64,000 nucleotides of DNA, from the NCBI GenBank assembly GCA_030390025.1, contig CM059432.1, positions 28,088,001-28,152,000 on the forward strand, in the 5' to 3' direction. Both the position numbers and the translations under genes were made by a program. This document shows positions 11,191 to 23,872 of this stretch, piece by piece. The notes under the pieces were generated by a model, which had not been told where the DNA came from, made no database searches, and saw nothing but the letters and a program-made list of their open reading frames with translations. The DNA comes from Squalus acanthias. Lineage: Eukaryota. Position 1 is the stretch's first letter; every line of letters starts with the position of its first letter.

Positions 11191-11471
11191 AAACATAGAA
11201 ACATAGAATCTAGGAGCAGGAGTAGGCCATTCGGCCCGTCGAGCCTGCTCCACCATTCAATACGATCATGGCTGATCATCCAAATCCAGTACCCTGTCCC
11301 TGCTTTAATCCCCACAGTACACATATCCCACCCTACCCCCGTAACCCCACGTATTTAATTCCCCCTAACATATCCCATCCTATCCCCATAACCCCACATA
11401 TTTAATCCCCCCTAACACTAAGGGTCAATTTATCATAGCCAAATCAACCTAACCCGCACATTTTTGGACTG
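11191..11471 (-). mobile_element. 5'-truncated young V-SINE nested in CR1
   Basis: Near-identical reverse complement of 4325-4602. Confidence 0.9.
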
Positions 11472-13202
11472 AGATGAGGAGAAATTTCTTCACTCAAAGG
11501 ATTGTGAATCTTTGGAATTCTCTACCCTGGAGAGCTGTGGATGCTCAGTCATTGAATATATTCAAGACAGAGATCGATAGATTTTTGGATATTAAGGGAA
11601 TCAAGGGATATAGGGATAGTGCAGGAAGGTAGAAGTTGAGGTAGAAGATCAGCCATGATCTTGTTGAATGGCCGAACAGGCTCGAAGGGCCAAATAGCCT
11701 ACTCAAGCTCTTATTTCTTATGTTCTTATGAGGGGCAGGAAGTAGGGAAGCAATTCTGCCCATCAACTTTGGACTGTCACTGACCCTATACCCAACCCTG
11801 GTATGGAGGGAGGGGGTCATTTGAATATTCCGAGTGGGCACCTGCACCCATGGTAGTGCATCAGAGAGGCACCAGTCCGGATGAAGAGGCGAAAATTGGA
11901 GTGGTACCTTACCACTACGAAAGAGTTCCAGAAAGTACCCGATGTCCAGAAAGTGCCGAAGGAAGAAGTCTAACATTTTTAAGATTTCCTCTCAGGTAGC
12001 ACAAGGCCAGCCTTGGAAAACTAATTGTTCCCTCTGAGATCAATTACCGATGGTTTTTTTTGGTATCAGGACTTCCTCAAGGCCCAAGACGAACCAACAA
12101 ATGCTCCTGAGGCCTATCAGGCTGATTTCCCGGAATAGTCTGGGATGCCCCGCAGACATGCCCCATAGGAGGCAAAAGGGGCGGGCTTAATAAGCTTTTC
12201 TACCTATAAATTTGTGGGGGATTTTACATGGGCCAGAAACCCAGCAGACCTGGATACCACCCCAAAATTGCGCCCCTTCCCATGGACTGGGATTGTGCCA
12301 GATTTGTCTGCTTTCCAGGCTTTTGTGTACTCTGTGGACCAGCCCATGCTTACTTTAACACTATTGTGTAACACTTCCAATAACACTTCTCAGTCACACT
12401 TAACCAGAATCAGATTAATGCTAACCGAGGAAAAATTACGAGACAAATTTATTCTACCACACCTGATTGGCTCATTCTTCCCACGTCACTGATTCCCAGC
12501 CCTGGTCTGCCAACCCTGACTATCACTAAATCACTGGCTGTAACCGGCCTAAGTTAAACAGACTTAAAACAATTGAACAGCTCCAAGATAGGTGTAAACA
12601 TAGGAAAGTTAAACTTTTTTAACACTGATTCTTACAGTTAGGATAACTGACACTTTTTATGTCCTGCTCTTGGCTCTGTTTTTTACAGAAGCAAAACAAT
12701 CTTAAATTGATGTGTGCCTCAGCTTTCTCTCTCCAACATCATAGTGCTACTGCTATGTTTCCCAATTCAATTGTCCTGTCAATCAAACAGAGCCAAGGTT
12801 CTGATCTGCAGCTTGTAACTAACAAGAATGTAGAGTAATTAAGCAATCTGGCAGTAAAAGACTCTATTTCACATGTTACTGTCCTTATAAAAGAGAACAT
12901 CATCTAAATTGCTTAGGAACAGGAGTAGGCTATTCAAACCCTCAAGCCTGTTCTGCCATTCAATTAGATCATGACTGATCTGTACCTCAGCTCCCTTTAC
13001 CCGCCTTTGTTCCCTATCCCTTGGTGCCTTTACTAAACAAAAATCTATCTATCTCAGTTAATCCAACATCTACTGCCTTTTGTGGGAGAGAGTTCCAAAG
13101 TTCTACTACCCTTTGTGTGATTTCATTTCTAAATGACCTAGATCTAATTTTGAGATTATGCCATCTTGTTCTGGATTTCCCCCACCAGAGCATTCACTCG
13201 TG

Positions 13203-14035
13203 TATAGAATCATAGAACGATTACAGCACAGAAGGAGGTCATTCGGCCCGTCGAGCCCGTGCTAGCTCTCTGCAAGAGCACTTCAACTAGTCCCACTCCC
13301 CCGCCCTTTCCCCGTAGCCCTGCGAATTTTTTTCCTTCAGGTACTTATCTAATTCTCTTTTGAAAGCCACAATTAAATCTGCCTCCACCACCCTCTCAGG
13401 TAGTGAATCCCAGATCCTAAACACTCGCTGCGTAAAAAAGTTTTTCCTCATGTTGCCTTTGGTTCTTCTGCCAATCATCTTAAATCTGTGTCCTCTGGTT
13501 CTTGACTCTTCCGCCAATAGGAACAGTTTCTCTCTATCTACTCTGTCTAGACCCATCATGAGTTTGAACCCCTCTATCAAATCTCCTCTCAACCTTCGCT
13601 GCTCTAAGGAGAACAACCCCAGCTTCTCCAGTCTATCCACGTAACTGAAGTACCTCATTCTTGTAAATCTTTTCTGCACTCTCACTAAGGCCTTCACATC
13701 CTTCCTGAAATGCGGTGCCCAGAATTGGACACAATACTCCAGTTGAGGTCGAACCAGAGTTTTATAAAGGTTCACCATAACTTCCTTGCTGTTGTACTAT
13801 GCCTCTATTTATGAAACCCAGGATCCCATATGCTTTTTTAACCGCTTTCTCAACCAGCCCTGCCACCCTCAACAATTTGTGCACATATACCCCCAGGTCT
13901 CTCTGTTCATGCACCCACTTTAGGATTGCACCCTTTAGTTTATATTGCCTCTCCTCGTTCTTCCTACCAAAATGTATCACTTCGCACTTTTCTGCGTTAA
14001 ATTTCATCTGCCACGTGTCCGCCCATTCCACCAGC
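13203..14035 (-). mobile_element. CR1 LINE 3' fragment (short CR1 fragment adjacent at 12914-13190)
   Basis: ORFs 13287..13778 and 13762..14031 with [29 protein letters not shown] and TRGH. Confidence 0.92.
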
Positions 14036-16126
14036 GTATAGGGTGCATTTTATCTGTTGCTCTTCAGCTTCACACTTCATTTACACATTTCTGTGTCATA
14101 TTTGTCCTAATTAGCTCAAAGTTCTTATCCATAATACAATAAACAGGTAGGGATGAAAACAATCAAAAATACTGAAAGTGCGACGGAAAGCTACATTACG
14201 AATGATGCATGAAACCTAGCAATCCGAGGTATGAAAACTCCCAATCAAAATCAGCATTAAGCAAACAGCTACTAATACAACAACAGCAAGAAGGATAATA
14301 GGAACCAAGGAAAATCTTGGCAGCGACCTCACAAGACAGCTATAAAAAAAAAGCCCTGAAATTCTACTCTGTCTGTAATTCATGTGCTCAAGACCCAGAG
14401 TGGGGCTTGAACTTTCAAATGAGCCAAGCTGAGCTTACACCTTAAGAGAATGAGGAAGAAAAGAAAACATACTTCCCTTTAATTCAAATTTCAATTTATT
14501 TAAGAATTCTAGTTTTTTTGAGCGCTAAATTCTTACTTTCCTGTGTCACTTACTTTGCTTCATTCAAATTCACACTTCTTAGCGCAAAAAACAAACTTTG
14601 ATTTATGAGCAGACATGAAATCATGATAAATGTGCATTATTGCTTATATTTCTGCTAAGTGGGGCGCTAACTTTTTCGGGGCGGGAGGTCCCTGCAAATA
14701 CTAACACACTTCTAGGGACCCCGTGACCTACCTTCCTCTGTGTCAGCTAACCAAACAAAAGCAGTGCAGAAAATATTTTTTGTCATTACACAGCAATAGA
14801 AGTGATATGCTAGCAAGTCAACAAATACAGAAAAATAAAGAATCGAGATTTCTCGAGATACTATGCTCGCAGTGCACGTCATGTATGGCCCCCAGATGAA
14901 CAGATATCTGAGGAACCTGTGGACCCCCGGGGATCCCCTCGATGACCCCACTATGGTCTGTACACCTCAAATGAAGATCTATCTGTGCAGCGAGTGTCAG
15001 CAGGCTATTCTGTCAAGATGGGTACAACAGCCCAGCATAATCTTGTCCTCACCTGATGTCCACACATGGATATTTTACAGCAATCAGGAGTGGGAATCCT
15101 GGCTAGCTGACCCTCCCACCCCCACTCAACACCAACAACCATGGGAGCTGAGGTCAATGGTCATGCCCAATACCACTTCAGCTGAAATTAGTTAACCCTG
15201 CACAAGCCAGGAATTGTACCTAGTACCTTCTGATATCTGTGGTTTAGTGGTATACTAGGCCATTCATTCACCAACTGAGAAGTGGGGATCTATAATGTTA
15301 TGAAGGAAAACTTCCACAGAGGTGCCTCTTTGTTTTTCATTGTATATGCTTTAAGACTGCACTTGAAAACAACCCAGAAGCAAAGACTTTGGGATAGGAA
15401 CATAGGCACATAGGAGCAGGAGTCGGCCATTCAGCCCCTCGAGCCTGTTCCGCTATTCAATTAGATAATGACTGATCTGTATTTTTACTCCATCTACCTG
15501 CCTTGATTCCATAACCCTTAACACCCTTGCCTAACAAAAAGCTATCAATCTTAATTTTGAAATTGTCAATTGACCTAGCCTTAACAGCTTTTTGGGGGAG
15601 CGAGTTTCAGTATTTCACTGCCCTTTGTGTGAATGGATACAATCCATTGTTCACGCACATTAAGAAGCACCTCTCCAGTGACATCATAAAAGTGTAACAG
15701 GACTGGGAAGGAGAGACAGCACTCCTGTCATCGCAAGAAACATTTTACAATATTGGGTGCTCCAAGACTGTCTCTAACCCACAATTTTAAAGCTTAAGAC
15801 ATTAACACAGAAAAACTGATAGACAGAGGTAATCATGAAGACATCTCCCTTTAGAGCAAATAGGATTGAGTGGTAGTTCAGATGAATGTACTTCCCTTTT
15901 AAATTAATATTGTTTCACTGTGTTTTCTTGTGTTTCCAGCCCTGTTTCCAGACATCTTTTGTGTAACATCTTACATGATGTCTACAATTGCAATGATGCA
16001 CCAGACCGCAGGAAACTAAAAGCTGTCTTAAACATGTCATAATTCAGAATAGAAGAATTAAGAGGAGCTGTCTCGGAGGGTATTTACAACGCCTGGTGTG
16101 GTACTGAGCTGTACAGACCTGAGTTA

Positions 16127-16396
16127 CAAACATATAAAATTGACGGGCAGGAAAAGACCGGCGGGTCCATCAAGCCTGCCCCACACCGGGGTGGCCGGAC
16201 CATCATGGCTAAACACTTCTTCCCTCCCCGACCGCACCACCCCCCACCCCCCGCCCCACACCCATGTAATCTCCTGGGAGAGGCAAAAAAAAAAAGAGAA
16301 AATACCCAGGGCCAATAAGGGAAAAAAATACTCTGGACAATTCCTCTCTGACGCCCTCAGGCAATCAAAGCCAGTCCAGGAGATCACATGGACCAA
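16127..16396 (-). mobile_element. 3' UTR fragment of a long-UTR CR1 family
   Basis: Matches 60945-61210, which continues into a CR1 RT C-terminus; a + copy lies at ~62100-62480. Confidence 0.65.
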
Positions 16397-16889
16397 GAGT
16401 TGTTCTCAGGCAAGGTGGTGTGGGGAGCCACTGCAGTTGCCCATAGTGCCCTTTGGACCAAGGAGGGGGAAACCAATGAAGGTTTTGGTTCCTGGCTGCT
16501 ACTGTAGTGATCTCTGTGTAGGGACAGGATTGGGCTTGGCTTATAGCCAATATTTATTGATCAGGCTTATAGATGGCCACTTGGGTGAAAGCCTGACAGC
16601 TCCCAGCGCCCATGAAACTGTCCTCCAACAGGCGTCATCACCTTCAGGAGGGGAGAAGATAAGCAAAAAGACTTCCAAATATACCAGATTATCTCTGACA
16701 AATTATCACTCGTGCCATCCGTCATATTTATGGATTTTATCACTTGCTACTTGGAAGGAAATAACTGTAGTCAATAAAGTTATATTTAATGACACTATTA
16801 TAATAATTGACTAAATACTCGGAGAATTGTTTTGGAGAAGCATTGCTGGGTATGTTACTTATTCTGATGAGTGCAAGAATAGCAAAGAA

Positions 16890-17455
16890 ATAAAGCACTT
16901 GCATTTATTTATATGGCACCTTTCATGACGTCTGGACCTCCCAAATTGTTTCATAAATTACAACAGTGACTACATTTCAAAAGTACTTCATTGGCTGTAA
17001 AGTGCTTTGGGACGTCCTGAGGTCGTGAAAGGCGCTATAGAAATGCAAGTTCTATCTTTCATAGCCAATGAATTACTACTTTTTAAAGTATAGTCACTGT
17101 TTTGTAGGCAAATGCTGCAGCCAATTTGTGCACTGATCCCACAAACAGCAATGAGATAAACAACCAGTTAATCTGTTTTTGGAGGTGTTAAATTGAAGGA
17201 TAAGTATTTGCCAGTACATCGGGAGAACGCCTCTGCTCTTCTTCAAATAGTGCCACAGGATCTTTTACCTTCTCCTGAAGCAGACAGAGAGGATCTTGGT
17301 TAATACCTCAATCAAAAGACAGCACCTCCGACACAGCAGCACTCCCTCACTACTGCACTGGTGCATCAGCCTGAGATTATGTGCTTATGTTTTGGAATGG
17401 GGCTTGAACCCACAACCTTCTAACTCAGAGGTAAATGTGGTACCACTGAGTCAAG
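16890..17455 (-). mobile_element. SacSINE1-like SINE containing an antisense 3' fragment of the same family (16956-17056, +)
   Basis: Insert flanked by tttcata duplication at 16949-16955 and 17057-17063. Confidence 0.8.
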
Positions 17456-18969
17456 AATGGCCATTTTGGCAAGGATCTGGAGCAAAGCCAGCACTCATGA
17501 CACCATACCTGGGTTTAAAAAAAAATATTCTCGGGATGTGGGCAAGGCTGGAAAGGCTGGCATTTATTGGCCATCCTTAGCTGTCCTTGAGAAGGTGATA
17601 GTCAGCCTTTTTCTTGCTGTAGTTCAAGAAGAAGGCTCACCACAAGGGTAACTAAGGAGGGTCAATAAATGCCTGCCTTGCAAGCAAGGCCCACATCCTG
17701 AGAATTAATTAAAAAATATCCCAGCAAGGAGGGGAAGAAAGGAAAAGCTGGAGAGTAAAAAACAAGGAACGTTGATTCTGGTGATTGGGTTTAGCTCACT
17801 GTGGCCATATTGCTGCTGTGCAGATTTCTGTCTCATGCTGATTTCCACATTTGTGTTTATTCTTTCTCAGTAAAGGCTGCTGAGAGGAACCATTCAGATA
17901 CTGTCTAGTGTGGTGCAATTGTGTAAGCTGAACTGTACCACAAGAGGTGTGGGGAAGGGCTAAAATAACTACATTTAATAATGGGTAGTGTGTAGGTGTA
18001 GTAGGTGGTCCAATCATCTGATTCCCTACAACGCTAATTCCCCATCCCAGCTTTGTTGTTAGTGAGAGACGAGGGGCAAGCTTCCCTATATGCAGGTAAT
18101 GAAAAATTGGTGGTTGATTCACCTTGGTGATCAGCCCTTGACTGGCATCGGAGGGTGAGTCAGTCTATCCAGGCCATTCTGGCACATTCTGCATTGACCA
18201 GATTTGGAGTGGCAATAATGGGTGCCAAGGAAGTTGGTTACCTATCTGCTGATGAAAAGCTATCCTCCTGGTGTGAATTACATTAAAAACGATACCAGGA
18301 GAAACTTCTTGAGTCAGAGAGAGATGCATTTTTGGAATACTCTACCAAGCAAGGGAATAGAAGCAAATGTGAGTATCTAAAGTACAACTGTACCTTATTG
18401 TACATTATGGGAGAGTTAATGTATTAGAGGGATGCGTTTTGATGGGATGATCAGTATCATTCTCATTCCTGACCTTTCTCATTCGTTGAGTGGTATGTGT
18501 CATGTCCAAATCCTGCTTTAATTGTGTCCATTTTGATTTGTATTACGCCTCTGTGAAGTGCCTTGGGACGTTCTTCTATGTTAAAGGCGCGATATAAGTA
18601 CAAGTTGTTGTTGTATAAAAGTTACACCGAAATTACAGCATCATAATGAGAAAAGATACGGGTTAAAAGCCTCCTTCACTCAGAGCAATGCATGTTTGAG
18701 ATCTGCAAAGGGAGGAACAAATTGCAAGAGAAACCTAAACAGCGGATGGCTCAGTGAATAATTGCCCAATGTGGTGTGATATTGTGCCATACAACAACAA
18801 CAACAACTTACATTTATACAGAGAAGGAGAGCCTCAGATCTGTGAAGATCCCAGGTTAAAAATAGGAAAAATCAGCCAGGATCACTGCTCCTGATTACAC
18901 TGACCCCTGCTGGAAAGTGTGAGTGTGACAAAAATGGATTTTATGTCGCTGTTGAACTTTTAACAAGAG

Positions 18970-19375
18970 GAGTGCCGGGCTGCCAGATTGCGGCACGGAC
19001 CCCGCGTTCAAAGACGCAACGGGCCGCGACAAGTAAGTCGGACGATTTTCTTCCCCCGCCCGCCACCTCCCCTTTACTTATTGCCCCGCGAGCCTCCTGC
19101 CACTCCGTTCCCGCTCCCTGAATCGGTCGCTGCCATCGCCCGGCGCAGATTCAGGGGGCACGGCAAATTTTACAGGCAGGGCGAAAACGGGGTGCTGCGC
19201 ACGGTGATGACGCTGTCATCGCCTATGCAGCGGAGCGGGGCGCTACCGGTTACCGCCGCCGCTGAACTCCCGCTGAATTCAGTGGGAGTCGTTAGCGGCG
19301 CCGCACCCGGGCGAAAAGTCGTTTGCGCCCCGTTAGCGCCCTCCGAGAGGCGCAAATGCACCGAATTTCTAGGCC
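18970..19375 (-). mobile_element. GC-rich MITE fragment, same family as 38510-39226
   Basis: Terminal caccgaatttctaggcc; shares aattcagcgggag..gcggcgg..ccggtagcgccccg..gtcatcaccgtgc with the 38510 element. Confidence 0.75.
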
Positions 19376-20689
19376 TTTGACTTAACAAGGAGAACTGGTG
19401 GCTATTTGAAATAGAGGGGAGAATTGCAGCTAGCAATCCTGTCTTCATGATGTCTACAAGTGCACCTACCAGTATAGTTCACTGGGCAGTGATCAGGAGC
19501 AGGAACCTAACCCAGCGACATCAATTGTAGTGAACCCAAGGATCACACCTCCCTAAACCAGCCACATCAATTGTAGTGCACTCCAGTGAGATCAGCTAAC
19601 TGAGTATATATTGGGGAAGGAGGAGAGGTTGAACATTGGAACTTCCTGGTCTGTATGAGTCAGGCAATGCATTTACCCAACAGGCCTTGTAGACGTAATT
19701 GAATATTTCTACATCTATATCCATTCCTCACTGTGCCAACCACAGGGAGCCTGGTGTTACACACGATCCATCACTCTTTCTCATACAAGCTTTTGACGTG
19801 GCTGTCCCGTTTTGCCTGCAGACTGACTGCTATATAAACTTTGGACATGTGGTGCACCGAGCCTATGATGTGGCATTGACTCCAATTATCACCAAGTGAC
19901 ACAATTCCATCCCTGACATTTAACTATATTATTGGACAGGGTGATGCCAGCAAACAGCAACATTTACTCTGCACATGTTAATTAAAAGAGACCAGAAAAA
20001 CCTCCAATACTGGCAGAAAGGGACAGGCAAGACTCTTTATAACAACCTGGTGAACTTTCCCTTCTGAGTAAAACACAGCGGCTGTGGCTTGATTTTCAAT
20101 GTGTATTTAAAGTATATTTTTACACAAATTATTGGCTATTCATGTCTGTATATGATTGCAGCCAGGGAGTGAAGGGGTGGAGCTTCATATGCGGTAGCTA
20201 GTTGCTTCAGACTGGGTGATACAACGTATTAAACATCAAGGACTTGGCAAATGGCTTAGTCGGTAAATACACTTATAGTATTGAGCCATACAGACCAAAA
20301 GGCCCCAAGTTCAACCCCCAGCCTGTGCTGAGGTAACTGAACTCAAGTTGGAGGGGGGGCCTGCTCCTAATGACTAACTAGTGACCTGTACACATATGAG
20401 AGCAGGATAGAGTGTTGTTGTGATGCATAATGTAGAAGAGCTTTTACCATCTTGCCTTATAAATAAAGCATGGTGACTTGATGTTGCCCATGGAACCATA
20501 CGCTAGCAAGAACCAGTGACTTGCGGTTTTATTTTCCTTTTAGAGGTTGAAACATCTGCTTTTTTTATATATATTATTTCCTTCCCTTCTTTTGGTATAC
20601 CTGTAAATGCATCATCAGCAGCTGAGAGGACTTGTAGATGGTCAGCTCCCAGGTCCCGGACAGTACTGCTCTGAAACCAGCTACCACCA

Positions 20690-21340
20690 CCAACAACAAC
20701 TTGCATTTATATAGCGCCTTTAATGTAGTAAAGTGTCCCAAGACGCTTCACAGGAGTGTTATCAGACAAAAAATGACACCGAGCCAAAGAAGTAGGCATT
20801 AGGACAGGTGACTAAAATCTTGGTCAAAGAGGTAGGTTTTAAGGAGTGCCTTAAAGGAGAAGAGAGAGGTGGAGAGGTTTAGGTAGGGAATACCAGAGCT
20901 CAGGGCTGAAGGCACGGGCACAAGTGCAGCTGCGACAGAAGTGGGGGATGCACAAGAGGCCAGAGATGGAGGAATGCAGAGCTCTCAAACTGTTGTAGGG
21001 CTGGAGGAGGTTACAGAGGTAGGGAGGGGCGAGTCCAGATAAGACATTTTTTTTAAATTGAGGCATTACTGGACCAGGAGCGAATGTAGGTCAGTGAGCA
21101 CAGGAGTCATGGGTGAACGGGACTTGGTGGAAGTTAAGATACGGGCAGCAGAGTTTTGGATGAGCTTAAATTTATGGAGGGTAGATGATAGGAGGCCAGC
21201 AGGAGAGCATCGGAGCTTCTGGAGGTCACAAAAGCATGGATGAGGGTTTCAGCAGCAGATGGGCTGAGGTGGGGCGGAGACGGACGATAAAACGGAGGTG
21301 GAAGTAGACAGTTTTAGTGTTAGGGAGGTAGAAGAGATCA
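20690..21340 (-). mobile_element. L2-clade LINE 3' fragment
   Basis: GLAPPYLCNLLQPY remnant; tail (caa)n-cttgcatttatatagcgccttt. Other L2 pieces at 29345-29590(+), 41030-41350(+), 43045-43125(+) and 62878-63228(-). Confidence 0.8.
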
Positions 21341-22761
21341 GTCTGTGCTGACTGTCCATGTGATTCTCGAAATCTCTCTGTGTATTCATTACGTACAAAA
21401 CTTTTGTGGTAAATTTCCACCAACGGTGTTTAGGCCATTTCTTTGGGGTTTCGGCAGATCTTCCGCCAAAGTTATGGTGGCTAATCGTGTGAACCCCCAC
21501 AGAAATCCATCGTCTTTGTATCTCGTACCTCTAACCATGCACAAATCATGGAAGGAATTGTAAGGCTGACTACACAACATTATGTGAGTTTTGGTTTACT
21601 GATAAAATGCTTCTTTTCTAACTATCACTTTAATTAATATCTGTAGCATCATCAGGTGAAGACCTGGATGAAGTCACTTCTATGGCAAATAAAAATAAAA
21701 AGTGTTTCCTTTAATAATATTCGGCTGATTGAGATTGAGAGAGATAGAGATAGAGAGAGGGGCAAAGGTACACTTCAAAGGAAAGTAATAAAACAAATGC
21801 AGAAACATACCACAGAGTATGCTTTGGAACCAACCAAATTTGTAACAGAAAGTAAAGGGGTCTTGTGCTACCTGTGACATCAGCTCTTATTTACTGGCCC
21901 AGGAGGACACTCAGCTTTGCTTTGAGAGTGCTTTCTCTTGTGATCTGGAGCGATGAGACATTTACTGATCACCCCTCACAGTGGAGGAGAGGCTGAAGGT
22001 GCTTTCAGTACAGGAGGCAAATATGGTCTTGGACAACTTGTACAAAGTGTCTTATAACAAAATAATTAAAAATATATTTTCCTAAATTAGATCGGATCAC
22101 TTAAATGTTGTTTATTAGTGAGAAACCTGGGTGGAGGCCCTAGGCTCATAGTGCAGGCACCACCGAGGTTGAAAAGAGTGGGAGCAAAGATGAGGTAAAT
22201 CAAGAAGTAATGGTGAGCTGATGTCAAGCTTGGGTTTTAAAAGCCTGCAGATTGTCGGAGAAAAGGAAGACTGAAGGAGGTGAGTAGTTCCACGATTTTC
22301 AGGTCTTGGGAATAGGAAGACCACTCAGCCTGTTTTGTGGTGGGGTTGGGGGGAACATTTCTCAATTGTGATATTTGTAAACTGGACATAATCTTATCAT
22401 ATATATTATCACATGGCGGCATCCTTTTTTTAATCATGCAAATGGGTTTTGGACTGGGAAAGCTGGTCCATGTACCAAGGAAAGAGTGAGTTAGCGTAGG
22501 AGACAGTGTGAGGGGATTTCAAGAAAATGAAGATGGAATGAGGAAGAAGAGCGTGTAGAATGTCATATTGGAAACTTGGGAGAATCGACAGAGGAAAGTT
22601 CAGAGCGTCAAAGCTCACAGTAGCATTGGTCAAACAGAAATTTAAATTGGATGATGATTGGTGGTTATTGGCAGCATCCCAACCTAAAACCTTCAGGGTT
22701 TGATTGCATACAGATTTATAATCTGTACTTCTTTCTCCTTGCGTGCTAGAACTGAAGAAGA

Positions 22762-23090
22762 GTTGCCATGGCAACAGTTAACAGCATATGGTCTAGGATC
22801 TCTCTGCTGAGAGAGGGGTGTCTCCTGAGATCAGGAAATAGTGTTTCCTGTGATTATTTGTAACATTTAATGAACGTGGGATAACACACAGTGTGCAGTG
22901 AGTTGCTGGCAACGCTTGCTAGCCTTGTGACCAGCAGGAGTTTTGTTGGCGCTCAAGATGTGGAAAGCTACATTTAAATTTTCCAGAAGAATTAAGAAAC
23001 ATATGCAACTTGTGGGGCTCACAATTGTGAGTTTTGGCCATGCTGACTTTGTGATACACTGAAACATCAAGGGGTAGCGATGACGTCATA
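22762..23090. promoter_or_regulatory. Candidate regulatory island (RFX X-box, ETS pair, CRE)
   Basis: GTTGCCATGGCAAC 22762-22775, CAGGAAAT/TTTCCTG 22832-22850, GTTGCTGGCAAC 22902-22913, TGACGTCA 23081-23088. Confidence 0.45.
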
Positions 23091-23179
23091 AACCACGAAG
23101 ATATAGCCCAAAAAGTCCATCAGCATCATCTCAATCCCATGATATGTATTCCAGGGTGGAGTAAAACATAGTTTTCTTA

Positions 23180-23570
23180 AGCCTTGGCTCAGTGCTAGTA
23201 CTCTCCTCTCTGAGGCAGAAGGTCATGGGTTTTTGTCCCACTCCATAGACTTCGCCACATAATCTAGGCTGACACTTCACTGCAGCACTGAGGAAATACT
23301 GCACTATCGGAGGTGTTGGTTTGGATGTGAAAGATCCCACGGCACTATTCGAAGAAGAGAAGGGGAGTTCTCCCCGGTGGCCCGGTCAATAATTATCACT
23401 CAACCAACATTACTAAAACAAATGATCTGGTCATTAAAAAACAGTTTAATTGGTCATTATCTCATTGCTTTGGATCCTTGCTGTGCGCAAATTGGCTGCC
23501 ATGGTTCCTACATTACAAGTGACTGCACTTCAAAAAATACTTAATTTGAGGTCACGAAAGGCAGGTCTTT
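23180..23570 (+). mobile_element. SacSINE1-like Deu SINE
   Basis: Same family as 805-1243. Confidence 0.82.
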
Positions 23571-23872
23571 CTTTCCTTCTTTCGCTTTAGTGTAATAATG
23601 GTTAATTTTCTCCAATTCAGTATAATAAACTTGTTTGCACGTGACATTGGCTGGTATTCAGGGCCATTTCTGAGTTGTCAGATTTTTTGAAGCTGTTCAT
23701 CATCATTGTCACAAACCAACACCAACTTGCATTTATAAAGCGCTGTTAACGTAGCAAATCATCCCAAGGCGCTTCACACAGGTGCAAGAAAATTTGGGCA
23801 CTGAGCCAAAGAAGGAAATATTAGGAGCGGTTACCAAAAGTTCAGTCAAAGAGATTTAAGGAAGGTCTTTAA

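Larger units (their letters stand above)
10195..11730 (+). mobile_element. CR1 LINE 3' part, interrupted by a Deu SINE (10349-10798, -) and a V-SINE (11191-11471, -)
   Basis: [21 protein letters not shown] and SRTRGH motifs; ends in ttcttatgttcttatg. Confidence 0.88.

Noticed and set aside
16098..16814. 238-aa ORF
   Set aside because: Runs across an antisense CR1 3' UTR and an old SINE; no domain or splice logic.
17871..17928. Possible small exon (ttctttctcAG ... gtaagc); similar isolated splice-like sites near 3018 and 15939
   Set aside because: Only generic splice motifs, with no homology or frame support; cannot be distinguished from chance.
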